Shown here: positions 38,003 through 49,833 of the stretch, in pieces
How the letters are laid out: each line of letters begins with the position of its first letter
Position numbering within the stretch: position 1 is the stretch's first letter
Assembly (NCBI GenBank): GCA_951406725.2
Contig: OX597826.1
Location: forward strand, 84,010,001 to 84,074,000
Source: Octopus vulgaris
Taxonomy: Eukaryota
Length of the DNA stretch: 64,000 bases
Reading direction: 5' to 3'
Position numbers and translations under genes: made by a program
Notes under the pieces: generated by a model
Databases searched by the model: none
What the model was told of the DNA's origin: nothing
What the model saw: only the letters and a program-made list of their open reading frames with translations

Positions 38003-39753
38003 TCTGGTGGTCAATGAGGAAACTTGGGATAGATGAATGGTTAGTGAGAGCTGTGCGAGCCATGTACAGAGACACTGCTAGTAAGGTGAGGGTTGGCAAC
38101 GAGTACAGTGAAGAATTCCGGGTAGAGGTAGGGGTCCACCAAGGTTCAGTCCTCAGTCCCCTCCTATTTATCATAGTCCTCCAGGCAATAACGGAGGAAT
38201 TCATGACAGGATGCCCCTGGGAGCTCCTCTATGCTGATGACCTTGCTCTAATTGCTGAGTCACTATCAGAACTGGAGAAGTTTCAGGTGTGGAAGCAAGG
38301 ATTAGAATCGAAGGGCGTTAGAATCAACCTAGCCAAAACCAAAGTCCTAGTAAGTAGGAAGGTAGACCAATCACAAATGCCTTCAGGTAGATGGCCCTGC
38401 TCGATCTGTAGAAAAGGTGTAGGTAGAAACTCTATAAGATGCACCAAGTGTAAGCTATAAACACATAAGAGGTGCAGCAATGTCAAAGGAAGGCTAACTA
38501 GGAAGATAGTTTTTGTTTGTGGCAGATGCTCAGGAGCAATAAACACTGAAAATGTGCAGAGACCAACTTCTAACACGTTCCAGGGAAAAAAACTAGAAAT
38601 AGTTGATAGCTTCCGCTACCTAGGTGACATAGTCAGTAGCGGGGGTGGGCGTGCTGAAAGTGTAACTGCTAGAGTAAGAATAGCCTGGGCTAAGTTCAGA
38701 GAGCTCTTACCCCTGTTGGTGACAAAAGGCCTCTCGCTCAGAGTAAAAGGCAGACTGTATGATGCATGTGTACGAACAGCCATGCTACATGGTAGTGAAA
38801 CATGGGCAGTGACTGCTGGGGATATGCGTAAGCTCGCAAGAAATGAAGCCAGTATGCTCCGATGGATGTGTAATGTCAGTGTTCATACTCGACAGAGTGT
38901 AAGTACCTTGAGAGAAAAGCTGGACCTAAGAAGCATCAGTTGTGGTGTATAAGAGAGACGTTTGCACTGGTATGGTCATGTGACGAGAATGGCTAAAGAC
39001 AGTTGTGTGCAAAAGTGCCACACCCTAGCGGTTGAGGGAACCTGTGGAAGAGGTAGACCCAGGAAAACTTGGGACAAGGTGGTGAAGCACGACCTTCGAA
39101 CTTTAGGTCTCACCAAGGAAAAGACTAGAGACCGAGACCTATGGAAGTATGCTGTGCATGAGAAGACCCGGCAAGACTAGTGAGACCATAACCCGTGGCC
39201 TCTACCTGGTATGTAGCCAGTCGACTTATACATACCTTTCCTTCTTGGGACACAAAACTCCACTTGTGAAGACCCGTTGAGGCAATTGAAAATCAAAATC
39301 AAATCAAATCAAATCAGATATCAGAAAGCAGAACCAAAATCGAAGTCGATCAACATCAATGGAAATTGCAGCTGTGATACCAGTGCCGGTGACAAGTAAG
39401 CGAACCATCCGATCGTGGCCGTTGCCAGCGCCGCCCCAACTGGCCCCCGTGGCACGTAAAAAGCACCATCCGATCATGGCCGTTGCCTGCCTCGCCTGGC
39501 CCCCGTGCCGGTAGCACGTAAAAAGCACCATCCGTCCGTGGCCGTTTGCCAGCTCCGTCTGGCACCTGTGCGGACGGCACATAAAAAGCACCCACTACAC
39601 TCACAGAGTGGTTGGCGTTAGGAAGGGCATCCAGCCGTAGAAACACTACCAGATCAGACTGGGCCTGATGCAGCCTTCTGGCTTCACAGACCACAGTTGA
39701 ACCATCCAACCCATGCTAGCATGGAAAGCGGACTCTGAATGATGATGATGATG
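38003..39753 (+). mobile_element. 5'-truncated RTE LINE with 3'UTR and (GAT)n tail
   Basis: [34 protein letters not shown]; stops at 38458 and 38950; 3'UTR tandem units and terminal palindrome. Confidence 0.93.
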
Positions 39754-39762
39754 TCATTACCA

Positions 39763-40235
39763 TCATTGTTTGACCGTGGTTGAAACAATGGAATTTACTA
39801 TGTTACGCCAGGCTTCACTGTCCATCATAGCATTACGGCGGTCCTGTCGCTGGATGCCTGTATCCCTGGAGATTACATCAGGGTAGGAGAGTGTGTGCCC
39901 TCTGGTATCGCGAGCAGATGGCTTCCAGAGGAGAAGAATTGAAATTACCTCGTTTTCAGCTCTACAACAATGTCCAGCAAACTGGACTCTTCTACCTTTC
40001 ACAAGAGATGATACAGGTGGTAATTTCCCATATATTTGTACTGTGGTTGGATGACACTTCCACGAGAGATTTTGAGGTCTCATAAGGAGGTGAGTGTAAG
40101 TTCCATCCAACTGCCTCTCAAGCTTCTTTGATAACATCCAGGTTTCTGAGCCATATAGTAGAATTGGTTCAATTGTGGCTTTGAAGACTTTATGTTTGAA
40201 ATCTCTACTTAGATTTGATGACCAGACCTTATGCA
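39763..40235 (-). mobile_element. LINE C-terminal fragment (distinct RTE-like family)
   Basis: KVFKATIEPILLYGSETW...RRVQFAGHC...W, a typical post-RT LINE region. Confidence 0.8.
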
Positions 40236-41150
40236 GGTAGTGCATAAAGAAGGTAGTGATGGGGTGCTAAAGCAAATTCAAGGCACAAAAGGATGAGCAT
40301 AAGAGAGGATATAGACAATGGGTCATAAGAGGGGAGGAGGAGAAAGTGGATACTTTCATAAGTAGGGGAGCAACAGAGATTAAAAATGCGGGTAGAGATA
40401 AATAATGAGCAAGAGGTGTGATCTTGGCCATCAGCTCGACCTTTCTGCACTGATTTGCTACTGGTTTCTGAGTGGGTTGAGGAAAATAAAAGCTAAGAAC
40501 ATAACAGCCTGAGAAGAGAAAACATGTAATTGAGCTTTAAGCCACTTTCTCACAATGGATTTCCAGCAGCCTCTGGGATCTTAAGGAATGGTTATCATTT
40601 TAGCAGTTGAGATATCGCACATGTTTGCAGCAATGGAATTTGGCTACTTCCATAGCTTTGTTGCCTATGAGTGTACATAAATGCAGAGGAAGTGGTAGCA
40701 GCTACAATTCTCTATTGCTGCTGCTTAAAAATTACTCAAGTGGTCCACAGTTGAAAATTGGGTCATCAGAAATGTGTGTGTAATGTTAATTTTGTTCCCA
40801 TTCAAATATACAGAAAACCACAATTTAAGTTAAAGAGTACTCGTCATCATATATATATATATATATTATAGTGTATATAATTTAGAGGAAACAAGCTTGT
40901 GCTACATTATCAAAACTTCATGAAACCAGCCAGTTTCTGTTTACTAAATACATTAGCTTTCTCTTACATAAAGATCCCCCCCTCCCTTCATTCATGGCTG
41001 CAGCCAGTATGGTATGACAAGTAGGCTATTTCTCTATGATACTTTGCTAATAGTGTGGTGAATGTACTCTTTAAGTTTAGCTCTAAAATAAATACTAGCC
41101 AAGAATTGGGATAGGATTCAGGACACGTGTATGCATGTATATATGTGTGT

Positions 41151-41208
<58 letters not shown>

Positions 41209-41424
41209 TCATCATCATTGTTTAACGCCTGCTTTCCACGCTAGCATGGGTTGGACGATTTGACTGAGGACTGGTGAACCAGATGGCTGCACCAGGCTTC
41301 AATCTTGATCTGGCAGAGTTTCTACAGCTGGATGCCCTTCCTAACGCCAACCACTCTGAGAGTGTAGTGGGTGCTTTTACATGCCACCAGCATGAGGGCC
41401 AGTCAGGCGGTACTGGCAAAAGTT

Positions 41425-41735
41425 GAATTATATTTTGTCCTTTAATTTGGAGGATTCCAAAAAGATTTCTAATATAGATTCTTCATATTTTGCTGGTAGC
41501 TTATCGGCATAAGTTTGCAAATATGAAAATAATACTTGTATATGGTGTGTTATGTGAATTTATGGAAAGGAATCCCATAAAACTCAACAAATTTGTTTAA
41601 GTGTAGACTAGAAGATGTTAAAATGTACGAGAATTTTAATTCATGCAGACAATCGTTTTGAACAGCAAAATAAAAACATGCAAATTCATGGTTGAATAGA
41701 AATAATTAAATTTATTATATATCACTGTTCTCTTC
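41425..41735 (-). repeat. 3' pseudo-LTR of the Penelope-like element
   Basis: gaattatattttgtcc...cactgttctcttc, a direct repeat of 49523-49833. Confidence 0.9.
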
Positions 41736-42646
41736 AGTGCAAGAAGTATAAACATAAAATTTTCTTTTTACATAGGATTTGATAAAGGAAATAGCAGAGT
41801 AGAATTTCGGATTTTCATATTTATCCTTATGAGAAAGAAAGAAGAACCTAAGGCAACTAACGGTTATTTGAAAATATAAGTGAAAAAGGATTTATGAGAC
41901 GTTCCCTGTATAGAAGAGTAAGAAGAAGATAAATAATTCTGACTCCAAATAAGTCATGTATGTAAAAATAAGGTGTATAGAAATGTCCAATGGAAAAGCA
42001 TAGCTATATGTGAATTAGGATATGACCTGACAATACTAAATGTGGTGTACATAAGAATGAAGTTAAACTAGAGGATATAGTGTATAAAGGTCTGCTGGAA
42101 TGTAATGTGAACAAGTATTATAGGGGTAGCAATACTTAAAGAGAGAAAAAAGCTACATAAAATGGAGTTGTGTTTGTGTAAGAACTGATATTAGTTTGTA
42201 GGTAAAAAAAAGAAGTAAAAACAAAAATAGTTAATATTACAGATTTAGATAGTAAATACTTGCTGTGGCTATAAAGATGAAAAAGAATGCTCAGAGGTTT
42301 TATTATTGGATGTAGTGAACTGAAAAATAACAATGTAGAGGAGATAATAGAGCTAGGAATGAAAAATAGATGAAAATAGAGGGTTTAAATTGTATGTATC
42401 ACTATGTAAGGTAATATATTGACTACGTTTCAGTATAAATAAAAGTTAAGGGTTAAGGAAGTAGCTTGGCATAAAGTGAGAGGGAAATATATATTGTGGT
42501 TTAGGGTTAGTAATTAATATTCAAGTAATAGAAGATTATTGTGTTATATAAGAAAAATTTGCGAGTAGGAGGTGCACATAAGTATACAAGATAATTTATA
42601 TATAACGTCATATAAAAAAATCTTATAAGGGAAAAAATTGTTAGTA

Positions 42647-42902
42647 TCTCTTATTATAAAAGGCAGATTTTATCTGCCTCCCTTTGTCTCTTATAGAAAT
42701 CTACAATATAGGATTTCTTCAATTACAATTTACCTAGCATTTTTAAGAGTAGAATAAATCGGGTCGTGCCAGGTCCAGTTTTTAAAATTTCAACCCCAAT
42801 TAAGCAAAATTTAGAGAAAACTCACATTGTGGTGTGTTAGTCAAGTGCTTTTCTTAGTGTGGGCTATAGCACTCGCACACACACACACAAAAAGGGAGCG
42901 AT
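42647..42902 (+). mobile_element. Possible 5' part of a non-autonomous Helitron
   Basis: A|TCTCTTATTATAAAA start followed by the ggcaga...tctgcc palindrome; no 3' CTAG found. Confidence 0.4.
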
Positions 42903-43632
42903 CTGATTCACTTACGCTATCACTCTAATTTCTATGAGTTTTTCTTTGCAAGTTTGCAACAATTAAAGTGAAAACAGTGAATCTGAGAGCTCCGACAGCG
43001 ATAAAGAAAATGAATTGGTACCCGAATGGAGTGAAAATTTAAAAACTGTTTCTTTCGGTGATTTTTCTGAAGAAACTGGACCAAGCCACAGACATTCCCA
43101 GAAGAGTAAAGTCTTAGACTATTTCTTTTTACTTTTTCGAATGAGTCTATTTGAAATCATTACGGCGGAAACGAACTGTTACGCTATACGTAAACAAAGC
43201 GAAAGAAAGGATAGTTTGTTATTTCCCACAACCTTAAATGAAATTAAGGCCTATTTTGCCATAAATATTATTATGGGTATCAGAAAGTTACCCAGAATAA
43301 CAAATTCTATCGTAAAATTTTGTTGTATACCCAATTGAATATTAGCTAATAACCCATTTTCTATAGCGATGTTTGAACAAAATTTTATAATTTTATATTT
43401 TGTTGAATTTACCTGTATCTACCTGCAATTAGACTCACTTTGTGACAAAAATTATAGTATAGAATTGGTTGAGAACATTTCATTAAATTATCTTCCAAAA
43501 TTCATGTTAATATATTGATAAATAAAAAAGTTATAGTTGTTTAATGAAACCAGACTAAATTTATGATTATGTTAGAAATTAATGGAAACACATAAGGGGT
43601 GTATTTTGGTCAGAAATATAGTAATGAAAGGG
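42903..43632 (+). mobile_element. piggyBac-derived deletion element
   Basis: ORF 43015-43338 (DYFFLLF...IITAETNCYA...PTTLNEIKAYFAINIIMGI.KLP) resembles a piggyBac transposase N-terminus; the right end reads aaaGGG|TTAA. Confidence 0.8.
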
Positions 43633-43744
43633 TTAAGAAAAACCAAAAAATATTTTATTCTTTATAAATGTTGTGTTCAAAATAACATTTTCTTTTAAGA
43701 ATGTGTATATAACAAAGTATGTGTATATAACTACGTGGCTTATA

Positions 43745-44142
43745 TCTTTATATATAAAAGTGAAGTTGTGTGTCTGTCTCCTACGATTTAGATTCCTAAC
43801 TACTCCCACATTTTGCGGTGCAGTGTAACCAAAACCGGGTATCTTATAGTCGTGATTCATATCGAGCCCTTCTGGGTATTAGCGCGTGTCTACGATGAGT
43901 CTACGATTTAAAAAAAATTTACCATCATATTTTTCCATTTTAATGCATTTTTTCGCTATTATATAAGGGAAGTAACTCTCTAAAAATATCTACGATGTGT
44001 CAACGATTTAAAAAAAAAATTTACCTTAATTTTTTTTCCATTTTTAATGCATTTTTTTGCTATTTTTTGGCTATAACTCTCTAAAAATGCTTATATAGTT
44101 ATTTCCCTTACAAACCCGAGCAATGCCGGGCGATACTGCTAG
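43745..44142 (+). mobile_element. Non-autonomous Helitron-like element
   Basis: A|TC 5' end (TCTTTATATATAAAAG), subterminal hairpin cccg...cggg, 3' CTAG|T, no TSD. Confidence 0.8.
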
Positions 44143-44289
44143 TATACTAATATTTGAGTAGAGTCATATCTGCATATTAGTATACATAGATATAGGAATT
44201 ATAGTTGTTTTTAGATTAGGGTATACATAAAGGAAGGAACACAGTACAAAAATATATATACTCATACCAGTGCAAAAAAGGAAAAAAAA

Positions 44290-45365
44290 GGGGAGATTGA
44301 CGAATGGTTAATAAGGACTGTAAAGGCCCTATACAGAGATGCTGTTAGTAGGGTTAGGATTGAAAATGAGTATAGTGAAGAATTCCGGGTAGAAGTAAGG
44401 GTCCACCAAGGATCAACGCTCAGCCCCCTCTTATTCATCATAGTCCTCCAGGTAATAACAGAGGAATTCAAGACAGGTTGCCCCTGGGAACTCTTCTATG
44501 CTGATGACCTGGCCCTCGTAGCAGAATCACTACCAGAACTAGAGAAGAAATTTCAGGTGTGGAAGCAAGGTTTAGAATCAATGTTGTAAAGACCAAAGTT
44601 CTAGTGAGTAGGAAGGCAAACACATCACACACCCCTTCATGTAGGTGGCTCTGCTCAATCTGTAGAAAAGGTGTAGGTAGAAACTCCATAAGATGTACCC
44701 AGTGTAAGTTATGGATAGAAAAGAGGTGCAGCAATATCAAAGGAAGATAACTTTCATGTGCAGCAGATGCACGTGGGCAATAAACACCACAGATGCTCAG
44801 AAAACAGACTCCATCACATGCCATGGGGAGAAACTAGAAGTAGTTGATGGCTTCTGCTACCTAGGTGACCAAGTCTGTAGTGGGAGTGGATGCTTGGAGA
44901 GCGTTGCCACTAGAATAAGAATAGCCTGAGCAAAGTTCAGAAAGCTTCTACCCCTACTGGTGACAAAGGGCCTCTCGCTTAGAGTGAAAGGTAGATTGTA
45001 TGATGCATGTGTGCAAACTGCCATGCTTCACAGCAGTGAAACATGGGCCTTGACTACTGGAGACATGGATAGGCTCAAAAGATATAATGCTAGCATGATC
45101 CGCTGGATAATATAATGTCAGTGTGCACACATGACGGAGTGTAAGTGCCCTGAGAGAAATGTTAGAGATAAGCATTGGTTGTGGTGTGCAAAAGAGTCAT
45201 TTGCATTGGTATGGTCATGTACTGCAGATGGACTAGGAGAGCAGTGTGAAGAACTGCCACTCCCAAACAGTTGAAGGAGTCCAGGGTAGAGGGAGACCTA
45301 GGAAGACATGGGATGAGGTGGTCAAGCATGACCTTCTAATGTTGGGCCTCACAGAGGCAATGACA
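44290..45365 (+). mobile_element. RTE fragment nested in the PLE 3' region
   Basis: Homologous to 38025-39130 (VRVHQGSTLSPLLF, LFYADD, GRGRPRKTWDEVVKHDL). Confidence 0.88.
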
Positions 45366-45988
45366 TATATATATAGTAGTATGTGTGTATATGGAACATA
45401 CATATATGTGCACACGTTCATATTAAAAGTATGTATCAGTGGTAACATATAGTTAATAAGCATACGATAATAATAATAATAGATTCACACACACAATGAC
45501 AAATATGATCGATATCTAGATATGCACACATGGTTGTAGGCAAGTAGGACATCAAGAAATACTATATGTGTTTACATATATCAGCTGTAAAATATAATTA
45601 ATTATCAGGTAGTGTGACAAATAACATAAAACAGTATTAATTAAAGTAGATATGTTAAGGAGGGTTTTTAGGGAGGTATTATGCAAATAAAATACATTAG
45701 AAAAATGAGAGGTATATTATATTTTAAGGAAAGGTATAAAAAAACCCAGATATGTTGAGAGAAAGGGAGATTTGGAGAAAGTGTTGGCCCAATATATGGT
45801 GGGTCATGGAATTATTAGAGGGAAGAGTTAAATAAAAAATATCAATATAGTGTAAGGTGTAGTGATGTGAAGAGGATATGATGAATAATTGAACCCATCG
45901 AAAGAGATAATATATTGAGATATTTTTTAAAAAATAGAAATATTTTTTTAAATGTTTTAAAAAATTCAAGTAAGGTGAGAGGGAATAA

Positions 45989-48900
45989 TTATTTAAGATT
46001 AATAAAAAGGAATTTGGTCATGTGTTTACATGAGGAAACTTTTTCATCCCTAGTGCAGATCAGCTATCCATTCATTCTCAGTATATTGTAGCTTTCTTCC
46101 AAACATAACCTACAAATTTTATTATAGCTGTAAGAGGAAGAGAAGATAGGATTTTCCAAGGGATTGAGTAATCAGTATTGTTTCTTTTGAGGTGCCAAAG
46201 TTTTTTAGATAGACCTGTGCTATTCTCTTTTCTAAAGGAAGATTTATGATTATTAATTCTAGATTTAATAGAATTTTTCATGCAACCAATGTGTACATAT
46301 GTAGAGGAGTCATGAGTAATAATAGTTGCTTGATATACAACTTCTTTCATTTTGCAATTTCTATCTACTTCACAAATATTTGGGTTTCTTCAATTGCAAT
46401 TTAAATTATTGGGTGGTACTATGGTGTTATGTCTATATTTATTCGGGATAATGGAGTTTTGGTTATTATCACAATAGTAGTTGTTAATTACAGGATAATA
46501 ATTCTGTAGTTGCTTGGTATATTTAATGAATTTTTTTTTTTATAGAATAGGTCCAATTTCTTATTGTTAAAAGAAGCGATTATCCTAAAAAGGTTTGGAG
46601 AGACTGAAAATCCAAATCTGTTTTTTGTTATATTAAAATATTTTTGCATATTTGGTGTTTTTAAAGTTTTTGTTAATTCTAATTCTAATGGATCTAATAA
46701 AATGAGATTTTAGATGTTTGGCAAAAGGTTTTATGAGCCAAGTAGTGTTCTTGCTGTTTACTTTATTGGAGTGATGGGTTATGTTTGTGGGTTCAGCTAT
46801 TCTCACACATGGTATTGGTTTCTTTTTTGCTATTTTATTCCTATCTATATTAATATGATTTCTATGGTTATGTATATTATTGGAGGGATTAGGTGAGATT
46901 AGATTATTTTCGTTTTTTATTGGTTTAATATTCCTATTTTTATCTATAATTAAGCATTTTTGGTGTTTGTTGTCTTGGGTTTATTAGTATTAGTGTAGTT
47001 AGTAAGGTGGGAATTGGTAAAATTTATACTATTTTTTCTTTTAGTAAAGTTTTGTGTACGGTGCTCGTCTTGATTAAGTTTATTAGTATGTTTATTGTAG
47101 TTGTGATTTCCGTGTCTATTGCTAAAGTTATGTTGATGACTATTAGTGAGAGTTTTTTTTTCATGTTTGTCAGGGTGTACTAATTCATCAGGTTCACTAA
47201 TATATTTGGTATTATTAGTATTTGATGCTGTTGTTTTTATTGTACTTAATTTCGTATTTATATCCTGCCTTTTTAAGTGCTAGGTTATAGTAGTCTTTTT
47301 GTTTTATTAAATATTTCTTTGTTAGTTGATAATAGATTAATTTTTCTTTCTATGTTAGTGGTCAGGTTTTTAATAATGTTATAAGAATGGTTACTTTCAG
47401 TGTTTATGTATGTGATATTGTTGTTAGGTTTATAGTAAAGCTGATAGGAGGAAGTAGTAATATTAAAGTTAACGTCTAGGAATTTCAGGGTTGTTATCTC
47501 TTTCAATAGTAGTGGATAGTCCTTGGGTTTTGAAAAAATTGTGTAATCTTTTTTTGTAGAGTTTGAGTTTTCTGTTGGAGGTATTTCTAACTAAGAATAG
47601 TGTGTCATCCCACCTTCCAATTCAGGGAATTCTTCTTTAAGTTGGTGTAGTTGGTAAATTCCGACTAAATCGGCTACCTCTGTGGAGTCTTGTGCACCCA
47701 TGGGTACATTGAAACAGTCTGGTGCATCCTTCCTGGTCCAGTATTTACTTTCATGAAATATTATAGTCTTTCTAGCTTCATGTATAATTTTTATTTCTTT
47801 CATTGATAATGTAGCCTTATTCTTGGCAAAAATAAGTGCTTTATTTAGTAAGATGGGGTTGATAGATTGGTAATAGTTGTCTATGTCTAGTTGGATGAAT
47901 TTACATTTTTTCTTATCTTGTAGGTTGGTGAACCAGTTGATTGTATCTTGTGTTTTTGACCACAGGTGGAGTTTTATTTTGGATTTCAATAAATGTAGGT
48001 ATTTATCTATGATAAATTTGCTAAGTTTTCCGATGACAGATTTACAGGGGCAGATGAGCCTTATTTTGGATTAGTATGAAAGTTAGGTTTGTGGTCTTTT
48101 TGTCTAATTCTAGGTCCAGATGCTTCATAAGTTTCAGTTATATCGTCAATTTGGTGTTCACTCGTTATTTGTTTGGCTTTGATAATAGATTTTAGAACAT
48201 CTTTGTTTATAATCTTATATTTCTTTGTAATTTCTTTGTGTAGGAGATTATAGTATAGATCTGTAGCAATAACCATTTTAGCCATTTTGAAATGTGGCGC
48301 GAATTGGCAATATGACGTAATGTCTTTGCCGAAGAAATATCATTTTCGTTTTTTTCCATTGGTTAATATAACTGCTCATATAAAAATTCTAAAAGTTTCG
48401 TAAAGAATATTTGTCATGGATTTCGATTCTTTTAAGTCAAGTTGAGCAGTTATAAAAACCCTGGATTTTGGGAAAAATATCAGTGTTTGTTGGATGTCAC
48501 TGAACTCCACGACACTCACTCTTTTGAGACATCGGTAATTTTCATGCCATGTCTAGAGTTAATCACAAATCTATTTTGATTTGTTGGTTAATGTATTAGC
48601 TAGAATTGAGAAATTAGTTAATGAAATTATAGTCGTTCTTCTTCACGACAAAGTTATCTTTCCTACTGTAAATAATATAAAATGTTATACTTATATAATA
48701 AAACTAATTAAAAGAAAATGTTTCTCTTCACGTTCGTTTTTCAACTGAGCATAAATAAGTATACATTTCTGTAATCCTTGATTATGTTTTCTTATAGTGG
48801 TTTATAGGATATGAAGAAAATATTTAACATACATGTCGTTAATATTCATAGCGTTTCATGCGTATATGTCTCTATGACGTTATGACTGTAGTTAGGGTTT

Positions 48901-49447
48901 TAGGTATAATGATAACACTTTAGTATAAGTAACATTGAATCATTATATTCTCCCTTCCTCAGAGAAAAGCCAAATAAAATAATATAACCTAAGAGAAAGC
49001 TTAAAGTTTAAAACAAAAGCCGCCATAGGAAATATCTATATCTACATTGTATAGATTTCCTGTTTTATCAGATTGTATGGTTATACCTTTTAATTTTCAG
49101 GGTTCATTAACTTTATGCTTCAAATAACATAAGTGATTATTCCTGAGAACGTTCTTTTTAAACTTAATATTTCTAAGTAGATTCCATTGGCCGTCTTCAA
49201 AATTTTCTACTATCCTGTTTGCTGGTGGGACTTTCCAGGATTTAAAATTGCTTCTAATTTTCATTAATTCTTCGTTTGTTTTGTTGTCTAATTTTTCTTC
49301 TGTATTATTTTGTTTGTCAAAGAATAGAGCTTTCCATCTCATTCTTCTATTGAGATCATGGAATATAGCTATTATATCCTTAATGTACTCATTACGGATA
49401 AGTAAATGAATGTCCTTAAAAGATGTTTCAATATTAATCTTCTCCAT
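45989..49447 (-). pseudogene. Naiad-like PLE polyprotein (RT plus GIY-YIG endonuclease), fragmented
   Basis: RRMRWKALFF, SDKTGNLY, KDHKPNF, RLICPCKS, KFIQLDIDNYYQSI, FNVPMGAQDSTEVADLVG, DD, FLDV, YINTESNH; EN region CN*R...C...C...VVYQATI...VHIG...RINNHKSSF...LSKKLW...CRLCLEE...CKH. Several frameshifts and stops. Confidence 0.88.
48261..49032. mobile_element. Unclassified ~775-bp interspersed repeat, copy 2, inserted in the PLE ORF
   Basis: Matches 30357-31132; interrupts ...NLYNVDID / LYYNLLHKEITK; ATCT is present on both sides. Confidence 0.88.
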
Positions 49448-49522
49448 TTCATTTTATTAGAAATCAGTTTCTTAATAAAAGGTTATTAATAATGGTAACA
49501 GTAATATATGTATAAAAATGTA

Positions 49523-49833
49523 GAATTATATTTCGTCCTTTAATTTGGAGGATTCTAAAAAAGATTTCTAATATAGATTCTTCATATTTTGCTGGTAGCT
49601 TATCGGCATAAGTTTGCAAATATGAAAATAATACTTGTATATGGTGTGTTATGTGAATTTATGGAAAGGAATCCCATAAAATTCAACAAATTTATTAAGA
49701 ATGGAGAAGAGATTTTAAAATATAAGAGAATTTTAATTCATGCAGACAATCGTTTTGGACAGCGATATTAAAATCATGCAAATTCATGGTTGAATAGAAA
49801 TGATTAAAATAATTATATATCACTGTTCTCTTC
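49523..49833 (-). repeat. 5' pseudo-LTR of the Penelope-like element
   Basis: Direct repeat of 41425-41735, ending ~75 bp upstream of the ORF ATG at 49447. Confidence 0.9.

Larger units (their letters stand above)
41425..49833 (-). mobile_element. Penelope-like element (Naiad-like) with pseudo-LTRs at both ends and several nested insertions
   Basis: 311-bp direct repeats at 41425-41735 and 49523-49833 flank a fragmented minus-strand ORF encoding PLE RT and a C-terminal GIY-YIG endonuclease. Confidence 0.85.

Noticed and set aside
36498-38460. Very long ORFs (up to 619 aa) rich in Y/I/M/C/H/T, one fused to RT
   Set aside because: Artefact of a stop-free TA/TG microsatellite running into an RTE fragment.
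49097-49099. Second in-frame TGA in the PLE ORF as another selenocysteine
   Set aside because: Not at a recognisable Cys position; more simply a nonsense mutation.
49735-49800. ATGA...AA...GA pattern on the minus strand of the pLTR as a SECIS
   Set aside because: I could not form a convincing helix II with correct spacing by eye; it needs SECISearch.
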